Of a stretch of DNA of 64,000 bases, positions 53,642 through 64,000 are shown in pieces. The translations under genes and the position numbers were made by a program. Each line of letters begins with the position of its first letter. Position 1 is the first letter of the stretch. Under the pieces are notes generated by a model. The model ran no database searches and was not told where the DNA came from. It worked only from the letters and a program-made list of their open reading frames with translations. The stretch comes from Macrostomum lignano (Eukaryota), in assembly GCA_002269645.1 (NCBI GenBank), contig NIVC01001406.1:124001-188000 (forward strand), written 5' to 3'.

Positions 53642-53797
53642 TAAATTCGTTATGCAATTCGAGTCATTGGTGCAAAATGGTAAACAGATTATTAACAGTC
53701 TTGATGCGGTATATTGTTCGGTTCCCATGAATCAATAACAAAAAGCGCAGATTTGTTTAAACATTGTCAAGGAGTTAGAAAAAAACCGCAAAGAATG

Positions 53798-54448
53798 TCA
53801 GACATCCGTGACCTCGTGAAACTCCCCTAGCGACTTGCCCAGCAGCTGCTGGTGCCCGCTCTTCAGACCTGTGGGCGGCACGAATATTTTCTTTTGCTTG
53901 TATTGCCAGCAGCAGGTTCGCCTTGTTGACACCACCACGAGAGCAGCGGTGAGGCAGAGGCAGGCCAATAGGAGCAGCAGTGCAGTTCCAGCCAGGACCA
54001 GTTCCCGCGGTCTGAGTCCACCGATGTCCTCAGCAGCAGCTTCTGAACTGTTATGCGGTGCCGTTGTCACAGGATTTGCCAGCGACTCTGTCCTCAGGCG
54101 GATGTACAGCACGAAGCTGACAGTTTTCCGGTCGTTTTGGCACTCCAGATGGTGCGGCCCGCTGAAGCGGCTGCCGGCCGACCTGCTGGAGGCGCCAACG
54201 TTCAGCCACAGTCGGCCGGCCGAGTCCAGCCGCAGTTCGGAGTCGCGCAAGAACCGGACAGTCTGCAGCCGGACACCGGGGCCGGTCGTGAGCACCGGCT
54301 GCAGGTTCGGATCGTCGGGCAGCGGCTCAACGAGGGCGGCGAACTCGGCGGGACATCGGAGCAGCCGGTGGGGCCCGGGCGGTGGCTGGGCAGCCGCTGC
54401 CGTTACGCAGAGCAGCAGTGCAGCGAGAAGGATTCCAGCAAAGTTCAT
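53798..54448 (-). CDS. Paralog P2 (216 aa): same architecture with a divergent stalk, TM and tail, ending TDV
   Basis: Intronless ORF; shares LLRCPAEFAALVEPLPD..QPVLTTGPGVRLQTVRFLRDSELRLDSAGRLWL. Confidence 0.85.
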   Translation of the reverse strand: MNFAGILLAALLLCVTAAAAQPPPGPHRLLRCPAEFAALVEPLPDDPNLQPVLTTGPGVRLQTVRFLRDSELRLDSAGRLWLNVGASSRSAGSRFSGPHHLECQNDRKTVSFVLYIRLRTESLANPVTTAPHNSSEAAAEDIGGLRPRELVLAGTALLLLLACLCLTAALVVVSTRRTCCWQYKQKKIFVPPTGLKSGHQQLLGKSLGEFHEVTDV

Positions 54449-55004
54449 TTCAGAGTCTGTAGAGGCTAGCGCAGATTTACTAGAGAGCTGAGCTCAATGT
54501 TCTCAAAGCTCTCGCACAGCTTTAAATAGTGCTCGCGGCGGACCCGAGGGCAGAGCGGCGTGAATAGATGAATAAGCAAATTAGCCTCTGCATAACCCAT
54601 GGTTTCAACCCCTCTCACGGGTTTCTCTGGGTAGCCCGACTGCCCCTTGCCATTGTCAGTTGAGCAGGCTGAGTCCAGTGTATATCTAGAGCTCATTTGT
54701 GGCTCAGTGGGAGGGAGGGTGGTTCTTGTTGGCATCCGCATGACCCATCCAAAAATAGGCTCACTGCGGCTATATCTGACGACTGGACTGCCCACACGGA
54801 ACACAAAAAACTAGTTTTTTTTAACGCGGATTTTCTATTTACATCGAAGATTTTTATTACTTTGTCGGCAAATGCAGACTGTCCATTGCGGAAGCAGTGC
54901 TCTAGGAAGCTAAAAAAAGGCACCAAAAACTGTAAAATTACTTAATTTATGTATTTTATGAGTTTTGGACACCTTAGACTTAGTAGTAAGTAGCTTTTTT
55001 CAGG

Positions 55005-56535
55005 CTGGACAACCGCCCCCCCTCAGATTCTCAGGCTGGGCCACCGCCTCCCCCTCAGATTCTCAGGCTGGGCCACCGCCTCCCCCTCAGATTCTCAGGC
55101 TGGGCCACCGCCTCCCCCTCAGATTCTCAGGCTGGGCCACCGCCACCGCCCCCCCTCAGATTCTCAGGCTGGGCCACCGCCCCCCCCTCAGATTCTCAGG
55201 CTGTGCCACCGCCCCCCCCTCAGATTCTCAGGCTGTGCCACCGCCTCCCCCCTCAGATTCTCAGGCTGGGCCACCGCCCCCCCCCTCAGATTCTCAGGCT
55301 GGGCCACCGCCCCCCCCTCAGATTCTCAGGCTGTGCCACCGCCTCCCCCCTCAGATTCTCAGGCTGGGCCACCGCCACCGCCCCCCCCTCAGATTCTCAG
55401 GCTGTGCCACCGCCCCCCCCCTCAGATTCTCAGGCTGGGCCACCGCCTCCCCCCTCAGATTCTCAGGCTGGGCCACCGCCTCCCCCCCCTCAGATTCTCA
55501 GGCTGGCCACCGCCACCGGCCCCCCCTCAGATTCTCAGGCTGGGCCACCGCCCCCCCTCAGATTCTCAGGCTGGCCACCGCCCCCCCTCAGATTCTCAGG
55601 CTGGGCCACCGCTCCCCCTCAGATTCTCAGGCTGGCCACCGCCCCCTCAGATTCTCAGGCTGGCCACCGCCCCCCTCAGATTCTCAGGCTGGCCACCGCC
55701 CCCCCCCTCAGATTCTCAGGCTGGCCACCGCCCCCCCCCCTCAGATTCTCAGGCTGGCCACCGCCCCCCCCTCAGATTCTCAGGCTGGGCCACCGCCTTC
55801 CCCCTCAGATTCCCAGGCTGGCCACCGCCCCCCCCCTCAGATTCTCAGGCTGGGCCACCGCCCCCCCTCAGATTCTCAGGCTGGGCCACCGCCCCCCCTC
55901 AGATTCTCAGGCTGGCCACCGCCCCCTCAGATTCTCAGGCTGGGCCACCGCCCCCCCTCAGATTCTCAGGCTGGCCACCGCCCCCCTCAGATTCTCAGGC
56001 TGGCCACCGCCCCCCCTCAGATTCTCAGGCTGGGCCACCGCCCCCCCTCAGATTCTCAGGCTGGCCACCGCCCCCCCTCAGATTCTCAGGCTGGGCCACC
56101 GCCTTCCCCCTCAGATTCCCAGGCTGGCCACCGCCCCCCCCTCAGATTCTCAGGCTGGGCCACCGCCCCCTCAGATTCTCAGGCTGGGCCACCGCCCCCC
56201 CCTCAGATTCTCAGGCTGGCCACCGCCCCCCTCAGATTCTCAGGCTGGGCCACCGCCCCCCCTCAGATTCTCAGGCTGGCCACCGCCCCCCTCAGATTCT
56301 CAGGCTGGGCCACCGCCCCCACCCTCAGATTCTCAGGCTGGCCACCGCCCCTCCCCCTCAGATTCTCAGGCTGGCCACCGCCCCCCCTCAGATTCTCAGG
56401 CTGGGCCACCGCCCCCCTCAGATTCCCAGGCTGGCCACCGCCCCCCTCAGATTCCCAGGCTGGCCACCGCCCCCCCTCCCAGGCTGGCCATCAGATTCTC
56501 AGGCTGGGCCACCGCCCCCCTCAGATTCTCAGGCT
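55005..56535. repeat. ~30-bp satellite with a variable C-tract (CTCAGATTCTCAGGCTGGGCCACCGCCCCCC)
   Basis: Directly visible; explains ORFs between 54965 and 56673. Confidence 0.95.
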
Positions 56536-56696
56536 GAGAAAGAAACTACACGAAAGCAGAAACTTCACGCTCTATCTATGTTTGACAGTTTGTTGTATTG
56601 TGGCAAAAAATTAAAAAAAAGCTACAAAATTCATCAAAGGATAAAACGAAAAAGTCAGTACAGGTGTGGGTAAGAATTTGAATGCAGTGGATCTAC

Positions 56697-57272
56697 GAGC
56701 TCAGCAGGTGTTCAAGCCAGATGTTCAGCAGGTGTTCAAGCCAGATGCTCAGCAGGTGTTCAAGCCAGATGCTCAGCAGGTGTTCGAGCCAGATGTTCAG
56801 CAGGTGTTCGAGCCAGATGTTCAGCAGGTGTTCAAGCCAGATGCTCAGCAGGTGTTCGAGCCAGATGTTCAGCAGGTGTTCGAGCCAGATGTTCAGCAGG
56901 TGTTCAAGCCAGAAGCTCAGCAGGTGTTCAAGCCAGATGCTCAGCAGGTCTTCAAGCCAGATGCTCAGCAGGTGTTCGGGCCAGATGCTCAGCAGGTATT
57001 CAGGCCAGATGCTCAGCAGGTGTTCAAGCCAGATGCTCAGCAGGTATTCAGGCCAGATGCTCAGCAGGTGTTCGAGCCAGATGTTCAGCAGGTGTTCAAG
57101 CCAGATTTTCAGCAGGTGTTCAAGCCAGATGTTCAGCAGGTGTTCGAGCCAGATGCTCAGCAGGTCTTCGAGCCAGATGCTCAGCAGGTCTTTGAGCCAG
57201 ATTCTCAGCAGGTGTTCAAGCCAGATGCTCAGCAGGTGTTCAAGCCAGATGCTCAGCAGGTGTTCGAGCCAG
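56697..57272 (+). repeat. 24-bp satellite (CAGCAGGTGTTCAAGCCAGATGCT), outer part of the left inverted arm
   Basis: About 24 units; reverse-complement array at 59130-59463. Confidence 0.95.
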
Positions 57273-57325
57273 ATGCGCCGGAGGCACCACTTCTAAAACA
57301 CAGCGTCTTCATTCTCTGACTTCCT

Positions 57326-57405
57326 GTTGCACTGGCGGGAGTCGAACCCGCGCCAGCTCGTTCGTTCTCAGGACGAGTTGCTCTACCGTTAAGCTACAGT
57401 GCAAC
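57326..57405 (-). ncRNA. tRNA-like Pol III unit, copy 1 (atypical anticodon arm)
   Basis: Exact reverse complement of 59001-59080. Confidence 0.7.
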
Positions 57406-57911
57406 CGGAACAGTCTGCTCTCAGCTGGACCGATTGAATCACAATTTATAGCCCAGCTTAGTTGGATAATTCCGGAGTCATGGAAAAGCCACGCCATCCT
57501 TTGTGAATTATTGAGCTAAAATTAGCGAGTATTTTAAGGAGGGCCGGCGGGGAAAGTCGCCTATTTTAAGCTCAAGCCGAATGTACAGTCGTAGAAGTAA
57601 TAAAATCGTCACAAGGAACTGGCGGCTCAAGTTGTGTTCACGACTTGCAGCGGCCACTTAGAGCTGCAGTCTATTTAGAGACAGTTTGTGTGCTAAAAAT
57701 AGCCGTTCCTTTAGCCCGGCTTCACTTGGAGATTGAATCTGTACTGCTGCAGCAGATGAATCATTTTTACAGGTATTACTTTTGAAAGACACAGAAAACA
57801 TTTCATTACTTAAAGTTATCTCTCTTTCAACTTTTTATTGTATTCAAAATTCTGAATCATTGAGCATATCTCTATGGTGTTAAATGACTTGTTACAGTAT
57901 ATCTCAGTATT

Positions 57912-58660
57912 GCTGAGGTGCCCTGACACAGGGGGAATGCTGAGGTGCCATGACACAGTGGGAATGCTGAGGTGCCATGACACAGGGGGAATGCTGAGGT
58001 GCCATCACACAGGGGGAATGCTGAGGTGCCATCACACAAGGGGAATGCTGAGGTGCCATGACACAGGGAGAATGCTGAGGTGCCATGACACAGGGGGAAT
58101 GCTGAGGTGCCATCACACAGGGAGAATGCTGAGGTACCATGACACAGGGGGAATGCTGAGGTGCCATGACACAGGGGGAATGCTGAGGTGCCATGACACA
58201 GTGGGAATGCTGAGGTGCCATGACACAGGGGGAATGCTGAGGTGCCATCACACAGGGGGATGCTGAGGTGCCATCACACAGGGAGAATGCTGAGGTACCA
58301 TGACACAGGGGGAATGCTGAGGTGCCATGACACAGGGGGAATGCTGAGGTGCCATGACACAGGGGGAATGCTGAGGTGCCATGACACAGGGAGAATGCTG
58401 AGGTGCCATGACACAGGGGGAATGCTGAGGTGCCATTATACAAGGGGAATTCTGAGGTGCCATGACACAGGGGGAATTCTGAGGTGCCATCACACAAGGG
58501 GAATTCTGAGGTGCCATGACACAGGGGGAATGCTGAGGTACCATAACACAGGGGGAATGCTGAGGTGCCATCACACAAGGGGAATGCTGAGGTACCATAA
58601 CACAGGGGGAATGCTGAGGTGCCATGACACACGGGGAATGCTGAGGTACAATGACACAGG
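57912..58660. repeat. 27-bp satellite (GCTGAGGTGCCATGACACAGGGGGAAT) filling the spacer of the inverted duplication
   Basis: Directly visible. Confidence 0.96.
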
Positions 58661-59000
58661 TCAACAGATTTAATCTCCAAGTGAAGCCGGGCCTAAGTGG
58701 CGGCTATTTTTAGCACACAAACTGTCTCTAAATAGACCGCAGCTCTGAGTGGCCGCTGCAAGTCGTGAACACAACTTGAGCCGCCAGTTCCTTGTGACGA
58801 TTTTATTACTTCTACGACTGTACATTCGGCTTGAGCTTAAAATAGGCGACTTTCCCCGCCGGCCCTCCTTAAAATACTCGCTAATTTTAGCTCAATAATT
58901 CACAAAGGATGGCGTGGCTTTTCCATGACTCCGGAATTATCCAACTAAGCTGGGCTATAAATTGTGATTCAATCGGTCCAGCTGAGAGCAGACTGTTCCG

Positions 59001-59080
59001 GTTGCACTGTAGCTTAACGGTAGAGCAACTCGTCCTGAGAACGAACGAGCTGGCGCGGGTTCGACTCCCGCCAGTGCAAC
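59001..59080 (+). ncRNA. tRNA-like Pol III unit, copy 2 (atypical anticodon arm)
   Basis: A box TAGCTTAACGG; B box GGTTCGACTCC; GTTGCACTG/CAGTGCAAC acceptor-type stem; D stem GCTT/GAGC; T stem GCGGG/CCCGC; TATAAAT at 58956; TTTT at 59108-59111. Confidence 0.7.
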
Positions 59081-59129
59081 AGGAAGTCAGAGAATGAAGA
59101 CGCTGTGTTTTAGAAGTGGTGCCTCCGGC

Positions 59130-59463
59130 GCATCTGGCTCGAACACCTGCTGAGCATCTGGCTTGAACACCTGCTGAGCATCTGGCTTGAACACCTGCTG
59201 AGAATCTGGCTCAAAGACCTGCTGAGCATCTGGCTCGAAGACCTGCTGAGCATCTGGCTCGAACACCTGCTGAACATCTGGCTCGAAGACCTACTGAGCA
59301 TCTGGCTCGAACACCTGCTGAACATCTGGCTTGAACACCCGCTGAACATCTGGCTCGAACACCTGCTGAACATCTGGCTTGAACACCCGCTGAACATCTG
59401 GCCTGAATACCTGCTGAGCATCTGGCTTGAACACCTACTGAACATCTGCCTCGAACGCCTGCC
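59130..59463 (-). repeat. 24-bp satellite, outer part of the right inverted arm
   Basis: About 14 units. Confidence 0.93.
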
Positions 59464-59921
59464 AAAATATACGGCTTGAATATCGAAAGTACTCAAATAG
59501 ATGATTCAATATTACTGACTTTATAAGTATATATTAATAACTATAGATAATTTGTATTCATACTCTTACCTACGCTTGTATTGACATTATTGTTTCATCC
59601 GTTGTTGACTGTTGCCATAAATTTAAAATTTACTGTCAAGCACCAATAGAGCGTGAAGTTTCTTGGTTACGTTGTTGACTTTTTGTCAGTTTACTTTTAT
59701 TACGTTTACTTTTACAACCATTATAAACTGCCTACTTGATAAAGGCATAGCTTGAGTCCCTAATTTCGACATACCCACCCGTCCATCAGATCTTGACGAT
59801 GCTTCAGATTTGGCAAACGATAAAAATTTCAGGTGCCTACCGACATCCACATCCCCCATACCCCTGTCTACCGCTAAGTACAATACTCCCCATTGCGACT
59901 GTGTAATGTTCGTACAACACC

Positions 59922-60446
59922 CAGGGGGAATGCTGAGGTGCCATGACACAGGGGGAATGCTGAGGTGCCATGACACAGGGGGAATGCTGAGGTGCCATCA
60001 CACAAGGGGAATTCTGAGGTGCCATGACACAGGGGGAATGCTGAGGTGCCATGACACAGGGGGATGCTGAGGTGCCCTGACACAGGGGGAATGCTGAGGT
60101 GCCATGACACAGGGGGAATGCTGAGGTGCCATGACACAGGGGGAATGCTGAGGTGCCATGACACAGGGGGAATGCTGAGGTGCCATGACACAGGGGGAAT
60201 GCTGAGGTGCCATGACACAGGGGGAATGCTGAGGTGCCATAACACAGGGGGAATGCTGAGGTGCCATGACACAGGGGGAATGCTGAGGTGCCATAACACA
60301 GGGGGAATTCTGAGGTGCCATGACACAGGGGGAATGCTGAGGTGCCATCACACAAGGGGAATGCTGAGGTGCCATGACACAGGGGGAATGCTGAGGTGCC
60401 ATCACACAAGGGGAATGCTGAGGTGCCATCACACAGGGGGAATGCT
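59922..60446. repeat. Second array of the 27-bp satellite, same orientation as 57912-58660
   Basis: Directly visible. Confidence 0.95.
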
Positions 60447-60881
60447 GATATCTGAGGCGCGAAAGCTTGTTTTCTGTGAAGGATATTTCTGTTTTATAAA
60501 AAACCAGCCATTCTGACTATGTAAGGATAGTATAATTTTTAAAAAGATTTTGTTAACCTCAACTTGTTGAATTGAATAACAAATCAATAAAAAGGCAAAA
60601 TCTTGATAATTATTGAATATTAGTTGTATATTTCGGAAATCGATCACACACTTGGGTATCAGTTAGGTACTGACAAAACATTTTTAGTGTATGGATTGGA
60701 AACGTGTAAGCTAATAAGAAGAATAATAATGTAATACATCAATGAGTCTGAATGATATTTCAGATGAATGAAATCATACTCGCAATAAGGAACGCCTGAA
60801 ACTCAAAGATATGTACAAGTTTGAGCCGTCAATGAAGCACTGAAAGAGACTAGGCAAAACTGTCATTAGTAACCATCGGAA

Positions 60882-61658
60882 TTAGACTTGATCGCGCTCG
60901 AGGATCACGACTTCATGCGAAGTTGGCTTGCTCTGCTGGAACAGCGGCTCGGCGCTGCCCTTGACGATCGGTTTGAAGATCGGGCCCTTCAGACCTCGCT
61001 GGGTGGTGCGACGGTGGCTGCGACGGCCGACGGCTAAAAGGGCGAAGGCGAGAGCGATGCAGATTGCGAGGAGCAACAGGACGGCAGCGGCGAGAGCGCA
61101 GAACAGCGGGTCGTCGATGCGGCTGACGGCTCGGTTGGCGGCGGAGGCGGGAGCTGCGGCGAGCCTCTCGGGAGCGGCTGATGCCTTGACAGCTGTAGAC
61201 GGAACAGCGGAGGTCTTAGTGGCTGCAGACGGAGCAGCTGATGTCGCGGTTGCTTCAGGCAGAGAGTCTGGAGTGTTGACCTCGGTGATGTCCGGTGCCA
61301 GTCTGACGAACAGCGAGAAGGTGGCGAGGCCGCGGCGCTCGGTGTCGGAGCACAGCAGCACGTGCGGCCCGCTGAAGCGATTGCCAGCCGACCTGCTGAA
61401 GTTGCCGCCGATCAGCCACAGTCGGCCGGCCGAGTCCAGCCTCAGTTTGGAGGCCCACATGAACCGGACAGTCTGTAGTCGGACACCGGGGCCGGTCGTG
61501 AGCACCGGCTGCACGTCCGGATTGTCGGGCAGCGGCTCCACGAGGGTGGAGAGCTCGGCTGGACAGCGGAGCAGCCGTCGGGGCCCAGGCGGTGACTGGG
61601 CGCTGGCGAGCAGCAGCAGCAGAGGCCAGAGTGCCAGCAGCTTGATGACGCTGAGCAT
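60882..61658 (-). CDS. Paralog P3 (258 aa): stalk, TM and tail closest to P1, ending DQV
   Basis: Intronless ORF; shares IDDPLFCALAAAVLLLLAIC and QRGLKGPIF...SAEPLFQQS with P1. Confidence 0.87.
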   Translation of the reverse strand: MLSVIKLLALWPLLLLLASAQSPPGPRRLLRCPAELSTLVEPLPDNPDVQPVLTTGPGVRLQTVRFMWASKLRLDSAGRLWLIGGNFSRSAGNRFSGPHVLLCSDTERRGLATFSLFVRLAPDITEVNTPDSLPEATATSAAPSAATKTSAVPSTAVKASAAPERLAAAPASAANRAVSRIDDPLFCALAAAVLLLLAICIALAFALLAVGRRSHRRTTQRGLKGPIFKPIVKGSAEPLFQQSKPTSHEVVILERDQV

Positions 61659-62453
61659 TATTTAAACTAACAGTTGAATAAAATATTCGTCAGAGTTCTT
61701 GCAGACCTGGCAGGGTGTATAAAATAGTGTCAGCTGCAGCGGGCCTCTATATACTTGTGGTTTGGAAGCTGGCACTACCCCGTAAATTCCAGCCCTTTAC
61801 CCGCGGGAAATCCAGCCGCGCTCATTGGCCACTACAAGCGGATGAATATCTTGCGTAAATCTAAAAATAGTAACAAATCTGTTCTAATTTCTGATGCAGA
61901 ACATGGAACGGACTGCTTATGTCACAACGGTTTGTTCCTAGCTCGTAGTAGCTAAACTAACGGTTGATGCAATTGACGTCAGAAAATTTTGTTTAACTTT
62001 CTAACTGTTAGTTACACTCTTACCTTTCAAAGCCTTTGAAATTACCTTTCATGTCTTCCCTTTCAAAGTCCCAAAGGCATTTAAAACCGCCATAATAATT
62101 CAATACTGAAAAGTCTAACAAACTCCTATCTCGTCAATGTGTTTTTTGCCTGAAAATTTTCATTAGCTTCCAAAAAAATCTTAATGAAATGCTAGGAACG
62201 TCCGATTGCTGAGAAACTTTCAATAATTTCGGCCTTACAAAAAAGCCAAACTGCTTGTATTTGCAATGTTTTGAACGGAATGCCAAGCCAAGTATATTTT
62301 ACAGAAATGATTCGTGAAGCAGTTACTTCCGGCATGTACAATTAAAATGACAATTCATTACGAAGTGCTACAAAGATGCGTCTATTATGTTGCATACAAA
62401 ATATTGTCAACGGCGATATAAATCGATCTTTTATCGATTCCGTGTCGCAGAAA

Positions 62454-63029
62454 TCAAACTGGCAGTTTCTGAGCTCTGCTCGCCGCCGCGGTGAAGTGTC
62501 GAAAGTCGCGGTAGGGCCGGGCGCTCTGGCTGCGAACTCGCCGATCCCGCAGTCCAGCCGCGCAGGCCAGGGCGGCCGTCAGGACGGCGGCGAGGACTCC
62601 GACTGCGGCCAGGGCAATTTTGGTGGTCTTGCCGTCAACTAAAAACCGGTCTGCTTGCAAAGGAGATGACGACAATGACAGGTCGCCCGGAGGCTGGTGG
62701 CTGACGAACAGCGAGAAGGTGGCGAGGCCGCGGTGCTGAGTGTCGGAGCACAGCACGAAGTGCGGCCCGCTGGAGGTGCCACCGCTCAGCCACAGTCGGC
62801 CGGCCGAGTCCAGCCGCAGCTTGGAGTCGCGCAGGAACCGGACAGTCTGCAGCCGGACACCAGGGCCGGTTGTGAGCACCGGCTGCACGTCTGGGTTGTC
62901 GGGCAGCGGCTTAACGAGGACGGCGAACTCGGCGGGACAGCGGAGCAGCCGTCGGGGCCCGGGCGGTGACTGGGCGCTGGTGAGCAGCAGCAGCAGTGAG
63001 CACAGGAAAATCACCTGGCTGAGATGCAT
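62454..63029 (-). CDS. Paralog P4 (191 aa): signal peptide closest to P1, short unrelated stalk, TM and tail, ending LPV
   Basis: Intronless ORF with the shared ectodomain and a hydrophobic IALAAVGVLAAVLTAALACAAGL segment followed by basic residues. Confidence 0.82.
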   Translation of the reverse strand: MHLSQVIFLCSLLLLLTSAQSPPGPRRLLRCPAEFAVLVKPLPDNPDVQPVLTTGPGVRLQTVRFLRDSKLRLDSAGRLWLSGGTSSGPHFVLCSDTQHRGLATFSLFVSHQPPGDLSLSSSPLQADRFLVDGKTTKIALAAVGVLAAVLTAALACAAGLRDRRVRSQSARPYRDFRHFTAAASRAQKLPV

Positions 63030-63407
63030 GCTGTCTACTTGCTACTGAAGTGGCTGAGGTTAAAGCTTTTTTACATTAAGCAGCTGCATTGCTTTTAAAG
63101 GCCACAGCAGAGTAGCAGAATTTCTACCCCGCCTCGACCCCAGCGGAGAGTTGTTTTCAAAAATATACCAGAGAAAACCCGCGGAAAACTCTCAAGCCAA
63201 TCTGAGGCAAGAAAACAAGGCACAAGGGTTTTGGTTTATTTTTAGTCCCCTGCGTCACCGCCAGCCAGCAGGTTAAGGCATGCAGAATTCAAGCATTTGT
63301 TTACAACAAATGCGTAAGAGGAGTGAAAATTTGACAGGCTGCTTATTTGTGAAGCATCTGTTCTATGTGAGATACTCGATCTTATTTTTGATTGTGGCCA
63401 GTTCATA

Positions 63408-63830
63408 GACTAATTACACTCTCGCTTGTGTAGGTCATACACTAATTACACTCTCGCTTGTGTAGGTCATACACTAATTACACTCTCGCTTGTGTAGGTC
63501 ATAGACTAATTACACTCACGCTTGTGTAGGTCATAGACTAATTACACTCTCGCTTGTGTAGGTCATAGACTAATTACACTCTCGCTTGTCTAGGTCATAG
63601 ACTAATTACAATCTTGCTTGTGTAGGTCATAGACTAATTACACTCTCGCTTGTCTAGGTCATAGACTAATTACACTCTCGCTTGTGTAGGTCATAGACTA
63701 ATTACACTCTCGCTTGTGTAGGTCATAGAATAATTACAATTTCAATTGTCTAGGTCATAGAGTAATTGTATTCTAGCTATTCTAGGTCATAGACTAATTG
63801 CATTCTCGCTTGTCTTGATCATAGACTAAT
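63408..63830. repeat. 32-bp repeat (GACTAATTACACTCTCGCTTGTGTAGGTCATA)
   Basis: About 13 units, decaying rightwards. Confidence 0.94.
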
Positions 63831-64000
63831 TACATCCTGCCGTGCCCGAGTCCTAGAATATATTTGCAGTGTTCTCTAACATTTTTCTGAAATTCTTACT
63901 TCAAAAAACAAGCGATAGCGGAAATTCTAATTAATGCAAAAAACTAAGGTCGTCACAAGATTCAAAGCAAAGCGCAAACGGGCTTTTCTGACGCAGCAAT

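Larger units (their letters stand above)
56697..59463. repeat. Large inverted duplication: arms ~56697-57742 and ~58664-59463 around a ~920-bp spacer
   Basis: About 470 bp of non-repetitive sequence is nearly identical in reverse complement; ORFs 57309..57497(-) and 58909..59097(+) are identical; a few mismatches near the inner ends. Confidence 0.95.

Noticed and set aside
59001-59080. Calling the tRNA-like unit tRNA-Sec or tRNA-Ser(UGA)
   Set aside because: No UCA anticodon, no long variable arm, no U33, and a 5-bp T stem; does not fit the 9/4 Sec fold
57309-59097. Duplicated 62-aa ORF MAWLFHDSG...
   Set aside because: Identical only because of the inverted duplication; it overlaps the tRNA-like unit and has no protein features
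54965-60516. Long repeat ORFs (PPSDSQAG, QQVFKPDA, MLRCHDTGG)
   Set aside because: Translations of the 30-, 24- and 27-bp satellites, open in several frames
50339-63048. Antisense ORFs 50339..51076, 53835..54491, 60928..61665 and 62740..63048
   Set aside because: In-register shadows of the four paralogs; no signal-peptide or TM logic

Overview
Eukaryotic (metazoan) genomic DNA: GC-rich exons in AT-rich, satellite-packed introns with GT-AG splicing. The style resembles a free-living flatworm such as Macrostomum, but that is inference only. Genes supported by the sequence: a Pro/Gln-repeat ORF (2627-4391 +); an inositol polyphosphate multikinase (13181-~14278 -) with a perfect RFX X-box upstream; a hand-spliced class B1 (secretin-family) GPCR (~29400-41083 +) carrying two complete hormone-binding domains on separate phase-0 exons; a five-exon orphan gene (45296-~48321 -); and a cluster of four intronless paralogous single-pass membrane proteins (50373-63029) with a shared two-Cys ectodomain, a length-variable loop and mosaic relationships. 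Inside that cluster are a 2.2-kb TG...CA element with a 4-bp target duplication and a bZIP-site-rich TATA promoter, and an inverted duplication with two identical tRNA-like Pol III units that have an abnormal anticodon arm. About 30 unrelated tandem arrays explain most long ORFs in the supplied track, so those ORFs are not genes. All splice models were read by eye and no database searches were run.
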